Shown one piece after another: positions 47,901 through 58,618 of a DNA stretch of 64,000 nt. Every line of letters begins with the position of its first letter. Position 1 is the stretch's first letter. Origin of the DNA: Pelomyxa schiedti (taxonomy: Eukaryota > Protista > Evosea); NCBI GenBank assembly GCA_020536535.1, contig JAHLWZ010000761.1, positions 1 through 64,000 on the forward strand. Reading direction: 5' to 3'. Position numbers and translations under genes: made by a program. The notes under the pieces are model-generated. The model made no database searches and was not told where the DNA came from. It was given only the letters and a program-made list of their open reading frames with translations.

Positions 47901-50478
47901 AAGTCACTGTTGGTGCCAAAGTTGAAGGGAAGCAATCCACTTCGTCAAGCTCTCGGAAGAGGAAAGCAGCACACAAGGTTGATGCTGGAATCAAGGTCGG
48001 TGGTGACAAGCCAGCGATTGGGGTCAGTGTGACGGTCGATGGTGGTGTGAAGGTTGATGGCAAGAAGAAGACATCAACATCGTCCTCGAGCTCACGGAAG
48101 AGGAAAGCCGGAATCAAGGTTGACGTCAGCAAACCCGAAGTTGGCATCAAGGTGGCAGTTGACGGAAAGAAGAGCGAAAGCAGCTCATCCAAGAAGAGGA
48201 AACTTCACTTGGAGGCCAGCGGGAAGAAGCCTGACATTCACGTGAACGTGGACGCCAAGGGACCAAAGAAGTCTGGATCTTCGTCGAGTTCAAGCAAGAA
48301 ACACGCCAANNNNNNNNNNNNNNNNNNNNNNNNNNNNNNNNNNNNNNNNNNNNNNNNNNNNNNNNNNNNNNNNNNNNNNNNNNNNNNNNNNNNNNNNNNN
48401 NNNNNNNNNCCAAGAAGAGGAAACTTCACTTGGAGGCCAGCGGGAAGAAGCCTGACATTCACGTGAACGTGGACGCCAAGGGACCAAAGAAGTCTGGATC
48501 TTCGTCGAGTTCAAGCAAGAAACACGCCAAACCGTCTGTCGAGATCAGGGTCGAACCACCCAAAGCAGATGTCAAGGTTGAACCACCAAAGGTGGATGCC
48601 AAGGCGGGTGTCAAAGTTGATGCCAAGGTTGAGGTCAAGAAACCAGGATTCTTTGACAGCATTTTCTCCAAGAAAGAGCCTCCCAAGGTTGAGGTGAAGG
48701 CAGACGTGAAGGTTGACGGGAAGGCAGAAGCCAAGGCAGACGTGAAGGTGGAGATCGAGAAGCCAAAGGTGGGGATCGACCTCAAGGCTGGTGGCAAGAA
48801 ATCGGGATCGTCCTCCTCGAGCTCTCGGAAGAGGAAAGCGGGAATCAAGGTCGAGATCGAGAAACCGAAGTTTGGAGTTGACATCAAGGCCGAAGCAAAG
48901 AAATCAGGCAGCAGCAGCTCTTCATCCAAGAAGAGGAAAGCAGCCGCAGCCGCCAAGGTCGACGCTGGGATCAAGGTTGATGGTGGAATCGCAGTCACAG
49001 GTGACAAACCGAAGATTGACGTTGGCGTGAAGGTTGACTCGCCCAAAAAGAAGAGCACATCCTCGAGCTCTCGCAAGAGGAAAGCTGGTCTCTCCGCGAA
49101 AGTCGAAGTTGAAAAGCCCAAGGTTGATGCCGGTGTCAAGGTTGACGCAAAGAAACCAGAGGCTCCAAAGAGGGGAGGTTTCTTTGGCTTCTTTGGTGGC
49201 TCGGCAGAACCACCAAAGGTTGAAGTCAAGGCTGACGTTCATGCTGGCAAGAAGTCTTCCAGCTCCTCGAAGAAGGGCAAGGCTGCTGTGTCGGTCAAAG
49301 TGGATGCCGGCGTCAAGGCAAGTGCTGACAAGCCAAAGACCGACAGTGCCGACAAGCCCTCAAGACCACCCAAGAAACCCCGTGGCTTTTTCGCGTCCCT
49401 TCTGTTCTCGAGCTCTTCAAGTTCTTCCTCTTCCTCCAGTTACAGTTCTTCCGGTTCCTCAAGTTCTGAAAGCAGCAGAAAGCCTGTTACTACTGAAGTA
49501 AAAGGGAAGGCTTCTGTTAAGGTGGCTACCGAAGTTGATGCAAACAAGAAAGTGAGTGTACCCAAGGCAAGCAAGTCGTCATCCTCAGGGAAGAGAAAGT
49601 TGGGAATAAAGGTTGACCTTGAGAAGCCAAAGGTTGATGCTGGAGTTAAGGTGGATATCAAGACCGGTGCCAAGAAGGATTCTTCCTCCTCTCGGCGCAA
49701 GCACAAATTATCAATGAAAGCTGAAGGTAAAGTGGAAGCACCTGCAGTTGAAGTTAAAGTAAACACTGATACTTCTGTGGGTGTAAAGAAGTCATCGTCT
49801 TCTGGTAAGCGCAAAGCTATAACTGCCGCGAAGGTTGCTGTTGACGTATCAGCAAAGCCTAAAAAGTCCTCCTCCTCCCATAAACGAAAAGGACTAGGAC
49901 TAGGCCTTGCTGCTGTTTTACCCGTGATTAAGAAGTCCTCGTCCTCCTCCAAAAAACGCAAAGCACTTGAGATTACTCCCACGGTAGGCGCAAAAGTAGA
50001 TGTCTCAGTTGAAGCAAAGGCAGATGTTAAACTTGCAATAAAGGAAGATGTGAAAGTCACCAGCAAGCACTCCTCCTCCTCTTCTAGACACCGCAAACTC
50101 GACATAACAGTGAAGGCAGGAAAGAGTTCTTCATCATCAAAGAAAAAATTACATGGTCTACGCCTAGGTTTGGGTATTAAGATTGCCGAACACAACGAAG
50201 CAGTACACAAAGCTGCAGTTGCCACTGAAGATCATCACGAAGCTCACGTTGCAGTTCACGCAGAAGCACCCAAGGTTGAAGTAGAGGTTGCCAAACCTCA
50301 TGTGGAAGCTCACATCACCGCTGGTGTTGATGCCAATGCATCAGTTGGTGTTGGTGCCAAGCTGGAAACTCCGGAAATTAATGTTCATGCCAAGAAGGAC
50401 AAGAAATCGAGCTCGTCCTCTAGCAAGAAGCACAAGAAATCCAAGTCAAGCTCAAGTTCCAGTAAGAAACACCACTAA
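41991..50478 (+). CDS. Giant (~2,800 aa as assembled) Lys/Ser/Val/His repeat protein of unknown family
   Basis: Short first exon MPSSSSSK, then a stop-free frame from ~42209 to the first gap. The same repeat vocabulary (KKSSSSSRKRKA, KVDAGIKV, PHVEV) continues across three N gaps to stop 50476-50478. Confidence 0.88.
46488..46587. other. Assembly gap (100 N)
   Basis: Run of 100 N within the repeat gene; the sequence after the gap re-reads sequence from before it. Confidence 1.
47510..47609. other. Assembly gap (100 N)
   Basis: Run of 100 N within the repeat gene. Confidence 1.
48310..48409. other. Assembly gap (100 N)
   Basis: Run of 100 N; 48410 onward repeats ~48190-48309. Confidence 1.
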
Positions 50479-50585
50479 ATAACAAGCACACCCTTGTCTT
50501 CATAGGTTTGTTTTTTTAGTCCACCAGGTTTATGCTGGTTGGATGGGAATAAATAAAACTTTTTTTTTTTAAAGTTTTCTTGTCT

Positions 50586-53044
50586 TTAGAGGTAACCCAA
50601 TTTCTGAATAGCGAAAAATTGTTCCGGTACCTCAGCCAGTATGGCACTAGCAAAGGCAGCCTCAGGCACACCGCCACATTGTGCGAGTTTGAGAATTTCC
50701 ATGCTGTAGTTTTGGTAAAATGATTATGTTTGCATCCAGGATGCAAAAAAAAAAAGGGGAGGTTTACACACAAGGCAACAAAACGGAAGTTGTCAAATTT
50801 CCGCTCTGGCAAACCGGTGTCAAATTCTGCAATGAAAAGTCCGTAAGTGAATTATAGGGATTTGATTTGCCAAGAATACCTTTCATTAGCTCCCACGGAC
50901 CATCACCCACTCCTACTGTAATGATTGACAGTGGGAAGGAGGAAGCCGCAACAATTTCATCGCGGGTGGGCTTGGGATCGTCAATTTGGCAATGGGAAAT
51001 TCTGTTTGGTTGTTATTTGTAATGGATTGAAGAAATGAGAAATGTAGGGTTCCGTACATAAGAAGGATGTGATAAGTTCTTGTGGCTGCCGTAACAGCAA
51101 TGGCTTGCCTTATAATAGGCGCAAACGAAGTGGGCCCACTGAGTTTAATGTTCGGGAGAATTTCCCCATAACGCTGAAGCACCTCCACATAGCGCTAGTT
51201 GGAAGAGTTAGGGTCAAATTGTGGGAAGATGCAGTGTGTTGTTGTTTCGAAAGAAGAGAGTATGTGGATGCAGAGAACGGTGATGACTATTCAGAAGAGA
51301 GAAGCAATAGTTTGGTGGTTTACCAAAAAATGAAGTGGGGAGATGTTGAACAAAGAATTACATTGCAAGCTCTATTTGGAAGGAAAGGAAACACGGCATG
51401 GTCTCGGGTACTACTATCTCCAAAACCGAACGTCTTTAGAGTGGTGAAATTTATATAACGCAAGTTAACACATTACCGAGACCATCTTGCTGTCATCGAA
51501 CGCCTCAATGGAGCCACCAATGCAGGTAATTACAGCCTGATAGGGATTTGCAATGCCAGGAGTGATTTGATGCAACGACCTGCCAGTAAATGAGGTCTTT
51601 CCCTTCCATTCGTTTTGAGCAGTGAAATCAATGCCGATAATCAACTTGCATGACCGAAGGCCTCTCTGCCGTAATTCCTGCACCACCTTTTGGAAAAATT
51701 CTTTAGAAGCATGTGGATTAAAGAGCTTCGCACCTGCTCCATTGACATATATTTTGGAATTATCGGGTAAAATTTGTATGACTCAGAAGAAAGGAGGCTC
51801 TTTATGAAACCGTTAATAACTGGGTCGTTTTGTTTTCCAAGAAGCTCTAAAATCCTATTCCCATTATTGGTAACCCACTCGATTTGTACTCGGAGAGGCT
51901 GAAGAGATAAGTTAGTGGCAAACCTGATGTTTATTTGTTCTTAACCACCTCCAACGATTCTGGTGTGGCGCCTCGCTTCAGCGCATTAGATGCTGTTGCT
52001 TTCAGTTCGGCGTTTTTCGTGGTCAAAAATGAGAGAGCAGTTACAAGTTCGTCAGGTGAAGTAGCACGCTCTACAAGAGAGTGCAGAACTAAATGCAGAG
52101 GGACAGTAGCCAACAGGGATTTGAAGGTGTTTTCTGAGTCTGTAGACATCTCTTGAAGTTGGGAATTGGGTGTGGTGGATGTGGTACTGGAGCTTGCTTG
52201 AGCAGTTGTAGCAGCGGCAGCGGCAGGTAATGCTGAATAACTTTAGTCTTTTCAGTACTATAGTAGGTAAAAATACACATAAATAACCAAAACACAACAA
52301 TATAATTTATAGATTTTTAAAAACCGCAAAACAACTTTGGGATCCGGTTCTTCTTCTTTTTGAATCCACACGTTCCAGCTTTTGAGACTTCGCAACCTGC
52401 AGCCTTGCTTGTGCCAAGGCCACCTCAGCCTCAAGCTCAGCCACACTCTTGTTCCCCACACCGCTCCCGTTTGATGTCCCACCAGTGGCCGCCGGCGCAG
52501 CCGCGGCAGTTGCATTCGACGCCGAACTTGCAGTTGCACTTGCAGCTGCAGTTGCATTTGTTGCATTTGCATTTGCAGCAGGAACGCCCTCTCCAGAGGT
52601 CGTAGTCGTCGTCGTCGTAGTCCCAGTCCCAGTAGCCGGGGCAGCTGTGGACGTCGGCGTAGTCGAAGCCGGGGTCGCGGCCACGGCCGGGCTCGGCGTC
52701 GTGGCGCCTAGATTGGAGCCCGCAGTTGCACCTGACGTCACGGTAGGAGTCGCCGTGGTCGTCGCAGTTGCAGGCGGCGTCGTGCAGGTAGCCGCGCTCG
52801 CCCCGTTAGACGACTGCGTCCCCGACGCAGCCGTCGCCGCCGCGGCCGCGGCCGCAGCAGCAGCAGCCGCATCGGCTTCGGCCTTCTTCCTTTCTTCCTC
52901 CTTCTTTTCCTCGTCGTCCTCCTCCTCCTTTTCCTCTTCGTCCTCGTCCTCCTTCTCTTCTTCGTCCTCGTCCTTTTCCTCGTCCTCCTCGGCGTCCTCG
53001 TCCTCCGTGCAGGACTTTCGTGCCGTTTGTTGCGTTCGTGGCAT
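50586..53044 (-). CDS. Copine/RGLG-type vWA domain protein with histone H3-like N-terminus and acidic tract; multi-exon
   Basis: vWA: LRSCKLIIGIDFTAQNEWKGKTSFTGRSLH, NPYQAVI, LSGPTSFAPII, YHILL, RKFDNFRFV, AAFASAILAEVPEQFFAIQKLGYL*. Exon 1 (MPRTQQTARKS...) joins by phase-1 intron CAA A|gttgtt...ttcag|CA TTA, then continues in frame to the vWA exons. Confidence 0.8.
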
Positions 53045-53122
53045 GGTTTTTGTTTTGTCTTTTTGATTTCGAAATTGTATTGATTGAAATCTGCTGCTGT
53101 TTCCTCGAATTTTGTTTTTTTT

Positions 53123-55300
53123 TTACAGAGCACCAACAAGTACTGTGATATTGTCTGTGCATTTTGGGTGTCTTAGAGCAGTTGATATTACAGTAGATGC
53201 CATTTCTCGTGCATCAGTCACGCCCCTCAGCACATCGCATACATCTTGTCCACTCATCACATCCCAGAGCTTAGTGCAAGTGTAAGAGTAGGTGTCTAAA
53301 AGGAAGAAAGAGAGCACACCCCATCACTGGCTACAATAACAAACTGATGCTCGGAATTCAAGCACATGGGGGGGCTAATATGGGGTTCCGATATCTGTGG
53401 ATATTTTCAGAAAATGACGAGTTGAATTGAAGCTTGTTTACAATGCCTAAGCCTTCCCGTTTCATGAAGTGTGTACCCAGGGCACGTGCAACTTTGTTCA
53501 CTGTTAGTTTTTTCCTGTATCATTGTTGTGGCAGTTCACCTGCTACACAGCCAGAGATTCTGGTCTGATGGGGTTCAAAATCTTTTGCAGTTTTTACAAG
53601 CCGCTCGTTTTCTTCTGGCGCAGTCACTGGGGGAAAAAAGTGTCAGTTTCCCAATGTTAAAGAATAGGAACCTTTGTGATCAAAGGTCAGCTCAACAGAA
53701 ACACCTCCCTGACTGTGGAAATTAATTATAGTTTATACTTCACACTTGAAGAAGAATACCAAAGGAACGCAGACGAATCACCCACATTGGCTAAAAAGTA
53801 AATAAGAATTGAGGGAACTTGGAAAATATTGTATTAAGCAGAGGAAAAAACCTGCTTGCAAATAACGTCGCCCTTCATAACGCCAAATAATGACCACAGA
53901 ACAAGTACAGCCCTCATATTCCATATCTGAGAGTTGCTGGTCAACCTACAAAACAATGTGTTGATTTCGAGAAATGGCAAAGGAAAAAAAAGATACCTCA
54001 GAGAAACACTTAGTGAGAATATCACTGTAATCAGGTTTCGGTGAGTCACTAGTAATCATTGTGTGCAGGTGCTAGTGATAGGTTTGTGATACATTTGTTG
54101 TTTTTTTGTGGGAGGCAAACTGGAGCAAATTTGGCCTTGGCTGCAAGGGAGGCGCCGGTTCCTGTTTTAGTGTCAGATAGAACCAGGTTTTTAAAATTTG
54201 GCTGCCTGCAAATCCATCAAAAACACCAAGAAAAGCGAGGTCAGAATTTCCTTGCCAGGGGAATTCAAAGTAGTGCATATCCTGCCAAATTAAGAATTTA
54301 AAAGAAATAATAATCACAACCTCCATTTCGAGTTTTCCAGAGGGAAATGTTGGTTTCTTCTTTTGCTTTTTTAATCCAGCTAGGTTCATGTTCTCACAGC
54401 AATGAATAGTTTTCAAAAGTGGACAATTGGGGTCCTTGCTGGGGGTAAGGGTGAAGGAAGTCTAAAAAAAAGGGGTAACCTCTGCAGAGGGAATTGTAAA
54501 CTGAACAAGTGAAGTTTCAGTGGAGCTGACAGAGGGGAGTGTCACATCCTGCACATAGTGTCACAGTGGTTGAGTTTGGGATGGCTGTACCAGACCAGCG
54601 GCTAAATCCGCCAGATTCAAAGATTCAACATCCAACTTGACTTTATCCTGGGACTGTGCTACAACTTTATTTGAGCAAACTCAGCAGGGTGGTTGTAGTT
54701 TTTCCGCATTAACATACATGGGTCAGAAACTGGCAAAATCAGACCGCCCCCAGCCGTCGTGGTGGTAGCAGTACTTTGCAGTTGTTGCAACTGCTGTGCC
54801 ATTTGGATTTGCTGCAGTTGCATTTGGATTTGGTTCGTCAGCAGCCTATTTTCAGCCCGCGACTGCTCCAGCTGCTCGCGCGCGGCTCTGAGGTCCTCCA
54901 GCGCCCCCCTCAGCGTCGCCTCGCGGTCGCGCAGCTCCCGCGTGGCCCGGTCGCGCTCGCCCGCCGCGCCGTCGCGCTCCCTGGCCGCCGCCTCGCACGC
55001 GGGGCACCCACCCGCCTGCGCCTTCTTCAGCTCCGCCGTCGCCGCGTCGCGGTCGCGGGCGAGCCCCGCGGCGCGCTCCCTCGCGGCTTCCGCCTCGGCG
55101 CGCAGCTGCTCCACGTGGGCCTCGCTGTGGGCCAGCCGCTCCCGCAGGCTCTGGATCTCCGCCGCCGCGGCCTCCTCCCCGGCCGCTGGCCTCCCGCGCC
55201 CATCGCTCTCCATCGGCCCCGACGCCTCCGGGGGCGACCGCAGCAGCGGCTTCGCTTCGCTCGTCGGCTCCGACGCCCACGTCGAGCACCACCCCCCCAT
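53123..55300 (-). CDS. PP2C (PPM) protein phosphatase with N-terminal lipidation motif and coiled coil; multi-exon
   Basis: KLEME|D, LGVFDGFAG, FVIVASDG|LWDVMS, CTDNITVLV. Start MGGWCSTW. Confidence 0.9.
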
Positions 55301-55573
55301 CACCGATCCGTCTTTTTTTTTCTTCTGACGAAACTTTCTACGGTGTGTTTTTTTTAGCTTCAATCTTCCCTCAACCCTCAGGACCAGGACGTAGATGCCT
55401 TTCCCAGCAGTGGGCTACTTCGGCTCTTGTGCGGAAGAACCATCACTAAGACTCAGATTCCAGCAAATGGCTGAATAAAATAATCAACGGACCGGAACGC
55501 TGAAATTTTCCTTCTCGTCGCACAGGATCGGCCTGGTGTTTTATTTATTCAGCCAAATACCTGATCAAATCAA

Positions 55574-57022
55574 ATGGCTAGCGCTCCGTTGGTTACTGTC
55601 GTACACGAAGTGGTTGTGCTGGACCAAACGCCCAGCGACGGCCGTTGTAGCCTCGTGGCCACCCACAACCTCGACATCCCCATTCGCGATGCCCTCCGTG
55701 CCCATGCTACTTCCACGCTCTCCCCAACAAGTGCCACAACCACAACCACAACCACTACGTCCGCTGCGTCTCCTCCGCCGCCCGCCAGTGCGGCCAGGGA
55801 CATCAACAAGTCCGCCACGGCGCCGGTCAACTGCCCGGGCCTCGCGCTGCTCGTGCTCCTGGACCCCGTGGGCGACGCCTCGCTCAGCCTCAACGAGAAC
55901 AGCGACCCCGCGGTGCGCGAGGACCTCGCCACGGCCGCGTGCCGCCGCTGCCCCCACGAGCCCGCCCGCGCGGTCACCTTCGGCTCGTCCTCCCTGCTGC
56001 TCCCCCTCGACACGGGCGGCCACCTCAGCCTCGGCACGTGGCAGGGCCTCTACCTCTGCGACTGGTCGCCGTCGTACAGCCCCGCGCGCCGCCGCCGCTT
56101 CACCCTCGGCGTCACCGTGGTCACCTCCCCCGCGTGCTCGCTGACCAAGGCCCTCTTCAAGCCGCCGTCGCGCGGCCACCACTCGCTCGTGCCCGCCGCC
56201 TCGCGCGTCCTGCGCAGCGCCGCCGACAAGGCCGAGCCGCCCGGCTCGGTCGCCGCGCCCGACGGCCTGGCCTGCGTCATGGTGCGGCACTGCAGCGCCT
56301 CGGTGTCCCACGTCGAGGACCGCGAGGTCGCCGCGCAGCTCGAGCCGGCGCTCGGCGTCGTGGTCCCCGACGCGTGGAGCGGCAAGCACTTTGAGCACAC
56401 GTACGAGGGCTGGGACGACATGCCCGGCCACGCCAAGAACGCGCTCATGGGGGGCCCCTGCGCCCTGCTGCCGTGCTCCCCCGGCCGCCGCCTGATGCTC
56501 GACGACCGCGAGGACGTGGTGCTGGGCGAGCACCGCGACGACTGGGGCAGCGGCGGCCGCAACATCTCCGTGACCCACCTGCCTGGCTGCTTCAGGGCCG
56601 CCCAGCCGCTCAGCATCCCGGGCGGGGGCTCGCCCGTGGCCAAGGTCCCCGCGGCCGCCCTGAGCCCGGGCGGGTCGACCCTTACCTCTGGGTTCGTGAT
56701 AGCCAGGGGCCCCAGCATGTGCTTCTTCGTGGTGGTGCCGCCCTCTGTCGACGCCGCGGAGCTTCACGCGCAGCTGCTCTCGCAGAGGTGCACCAGCGAC
56801 GAGTACCTTGCTGCAAAGTGGCGCAGCAGCGGCCGCCCTCAGCCGCACCTGGGCCCCATCCTGCGCTCTCTCGTGTTTGGCCGCGGCCGCAGTATCACGC
56901 TGGCGGTGCGGGACTCGGCATTGTGGGTTCCAGCTCAGTCCTCAGTCTGTATATTCAGCGCTGTGGAAAACACACCCCTCCCTGACCAAGTCCCAATCTC
57001 CCTCATGTGGTTCGGCATTTGA
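55574..57022 (+). CDS. UPF0047/YjbQ family protein with three tandem domains; intronless
   Basis: Domain 1: ASLSLNENSDPAVREDL...LSLGTWQGLYLCDW. Domain 2: SRGHHSL...RHCSASV...FEHTYEGWDDMPGHAKNALMG...GEHRD. Domain 3 is degenerate: LRSLVFGRGRSITLAVRDSALW. Confidence 0.85.
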   Translation: MASAPLVTVVHEVVVLDQTPSDGRCSLVATHNLDIPIRDALRAHATSTLSPTSATTTTTTTTSAASPPPPASAARDINKSATAPVNCPGLALLVLLDPVGDASLSLNENSDPAVREDLATAACRRCPHEPARAVTFGSSSLLLPLDTGGHLSLGTWQGLYLCDWSPSYSPARRRRFTLGVTVVTSPACSLTKALFKPPSRGHHSLVPAASRVLRSAADKAEPPGSVAAPDGLACVMVRHCSASVSHVEDREVAAQLEPALGVVVPDAWSGKHFEHTYEGWDDMPGHAKNALMGGPCALLPCSPGRRLMLDDREDVVLGEHRDDWGSGGRNISVTHLPGCFRAAQPLSIPGGGSPVAKVPAAALSPGGSTLTSGFVIARGPSMCFFVVVPPSVDAAELHAQLLSQRCTSDEYLAAKWRSSGRPQPHLGPILRSLVFGRGRSITLAVRDSALWVPAQSSVCIFSAVENTPLPDQVPISLMWFGI

Positions 57023-57116
57023 GAAAAATGTGGCCCCATCCCTTTCCCAGAAACATTCAAAAAAAAGTTACACAACAGTTAGACAACAAAACCCTTTTTT
57101 TTTTCTGTTTGCCGCC

Positions 57117-58531
57117 ATGTCTTGTCATTCTGGTTTAGAGAACAAAGTACTGTATTGGCTGACACTGTCGTCCCACAAGTGTGACACTGCACCCCAAACC
57201 ACTTGCAAGTCCGGTACACAAAGCGCAGCTGCCACAACAACAAGCACAGCAACGAGCGGCACATCTGCATCTACGGCGTCATCGTCCAGAGACGAATCTC
57301 CCTTGTCCGACTTGGAGTGCCAGATGTACGACACGCAAATCTTTTTTTTCCCCCGCCTTTGAGCACCCACAATGTTGCTCTCACTGGCTCATTTGTCCCA
57401 AAAAAACCCCACTTAAAAACACCAAGGCAAATGGAACCACTTATTAACGAACTGGCTGGTATAATCAAAGCCGGGCGTCCTGTACTCTTCGTAACTGGTT
57501 ACAACATAAATACTTTCTATTCACATTTTCCCCCCTTTTAACTGGAAAAGGTGCCGGGCTCTCTGTTGCTTCTGGAATACGCACTTACAGAGGAGAGAAA
57601 GGTGTATGGGATGAATACGTTACTTCTGTGCGGTTTTTGTTTTATTTTAATGCTACTTTTTCACATTTTGCAGTGGGGGACAACAAAGAAGTTCGCTCAA
57701 AACCCCGATATTTGGTGGAATTCATTCTGGTTAAAAACTCACCAGTGCCCTGCATTCATGGAAGCAGAGCCAAATCCTGCACACTTGGCCATTAGGGATA
57801 TCATCAACAGACACCCGGCTGTATCGCTTATCACCCAGGTATATTATTCTAAACTTTCATGCTATACTCTCAGCATACAAGAACATTGATAGGCTCCATT
57901 TGAAGTCCGGGGTACCAATTAGTAAGCACATTGAGATACACGGTGCCCTGGGGCAGTATAGATGCACCAATGGGTAATTTTTAATTAGAGGGCCAACGGG
58001 TGGTCTGCGCACATACAGCACTAAAACTCAACACACCAAAAGATTGAAAAAGGGAAGCCCTTCTCCTTGCATATACACGCACAAGGAACTGCACCCACCC
58101 ATCACGCTTGAGACTACTCCTTCTGGAGACATAGTTCCACCTAAATGCTGTGTGTACCTACTTCGATTTATTGTGTATTGGGATGCCCGTAACATTGAAC
58201 TATTACCAACCCGCTCCAAAAAAAAAAAAAAACAGGCAAATGCCAATCCCCACTCCTCCCTTTTGCGCTCTTTTTCGACGAAGCCTACAAAGTGCACTGC
58301 CAATTCCGGTATGAGGAGGCCCTATCATGGATGGATAATGCCGAAGCCATGGTATTTGTGGGCACCAGTCTCAGTGTTGGAATCACGCACACGGCACTAC
58401 TCTTTGCCCACGGGACAAAGTGCCCTCTGTTCTTCTTCAACACTGACACAATGTCTGGACTCCCCACACGGACCGTTAAAGGTCCCTGTACAGAGACTTT
58501 GGCCCTGCTCAATGCCAGAACACAGCCCTAA
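57117..58531 (+). CDS. Sir2-family NAD-dependent deacylase (sirtuin); multi-exon
   Basis: LFVTG|[24 protein letters not shown]|[35 protein letters not shown]. First ATG in GCCGCCATG context at 57117, spliced in phase 2 to MEPLIN. Confidence 0.93.
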
Positions 58532-58618
58532 TTAAATTTGAAATACACCACCTAGATAACGAACGGTGATTTCAAAGAACAAAAAAGAAACAGCGAAAAA
58601 AAAAAGAATCGATCGAAG

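Noticed and set aside
54203-54229. PP2C motif DGFAG instead of DGHGG as a sign of inactivity
   Set aside because: The metal-binding Asp residues (ED, DG, DG, DN) are all present, and this His is variable (e.g. DGMGG in bacterial PPMs).
55565-56848. Long overlapping ORFs in GC-rich blocks (also 19307..20224 +, 33126..33761 +, 54759..55328 +)
   Set aside because: Stop codons are rare in GC-rich DNA; the opposite or alternative frame carries the recognisable domain.
57974-57988. Apparent 15-nt intron or in-frame TAA in the sirtuin Zn-binding region
   Set aside because: A normal 45-nt GT-AG intron (57974-58018) restores the frame and keeps the Cys.
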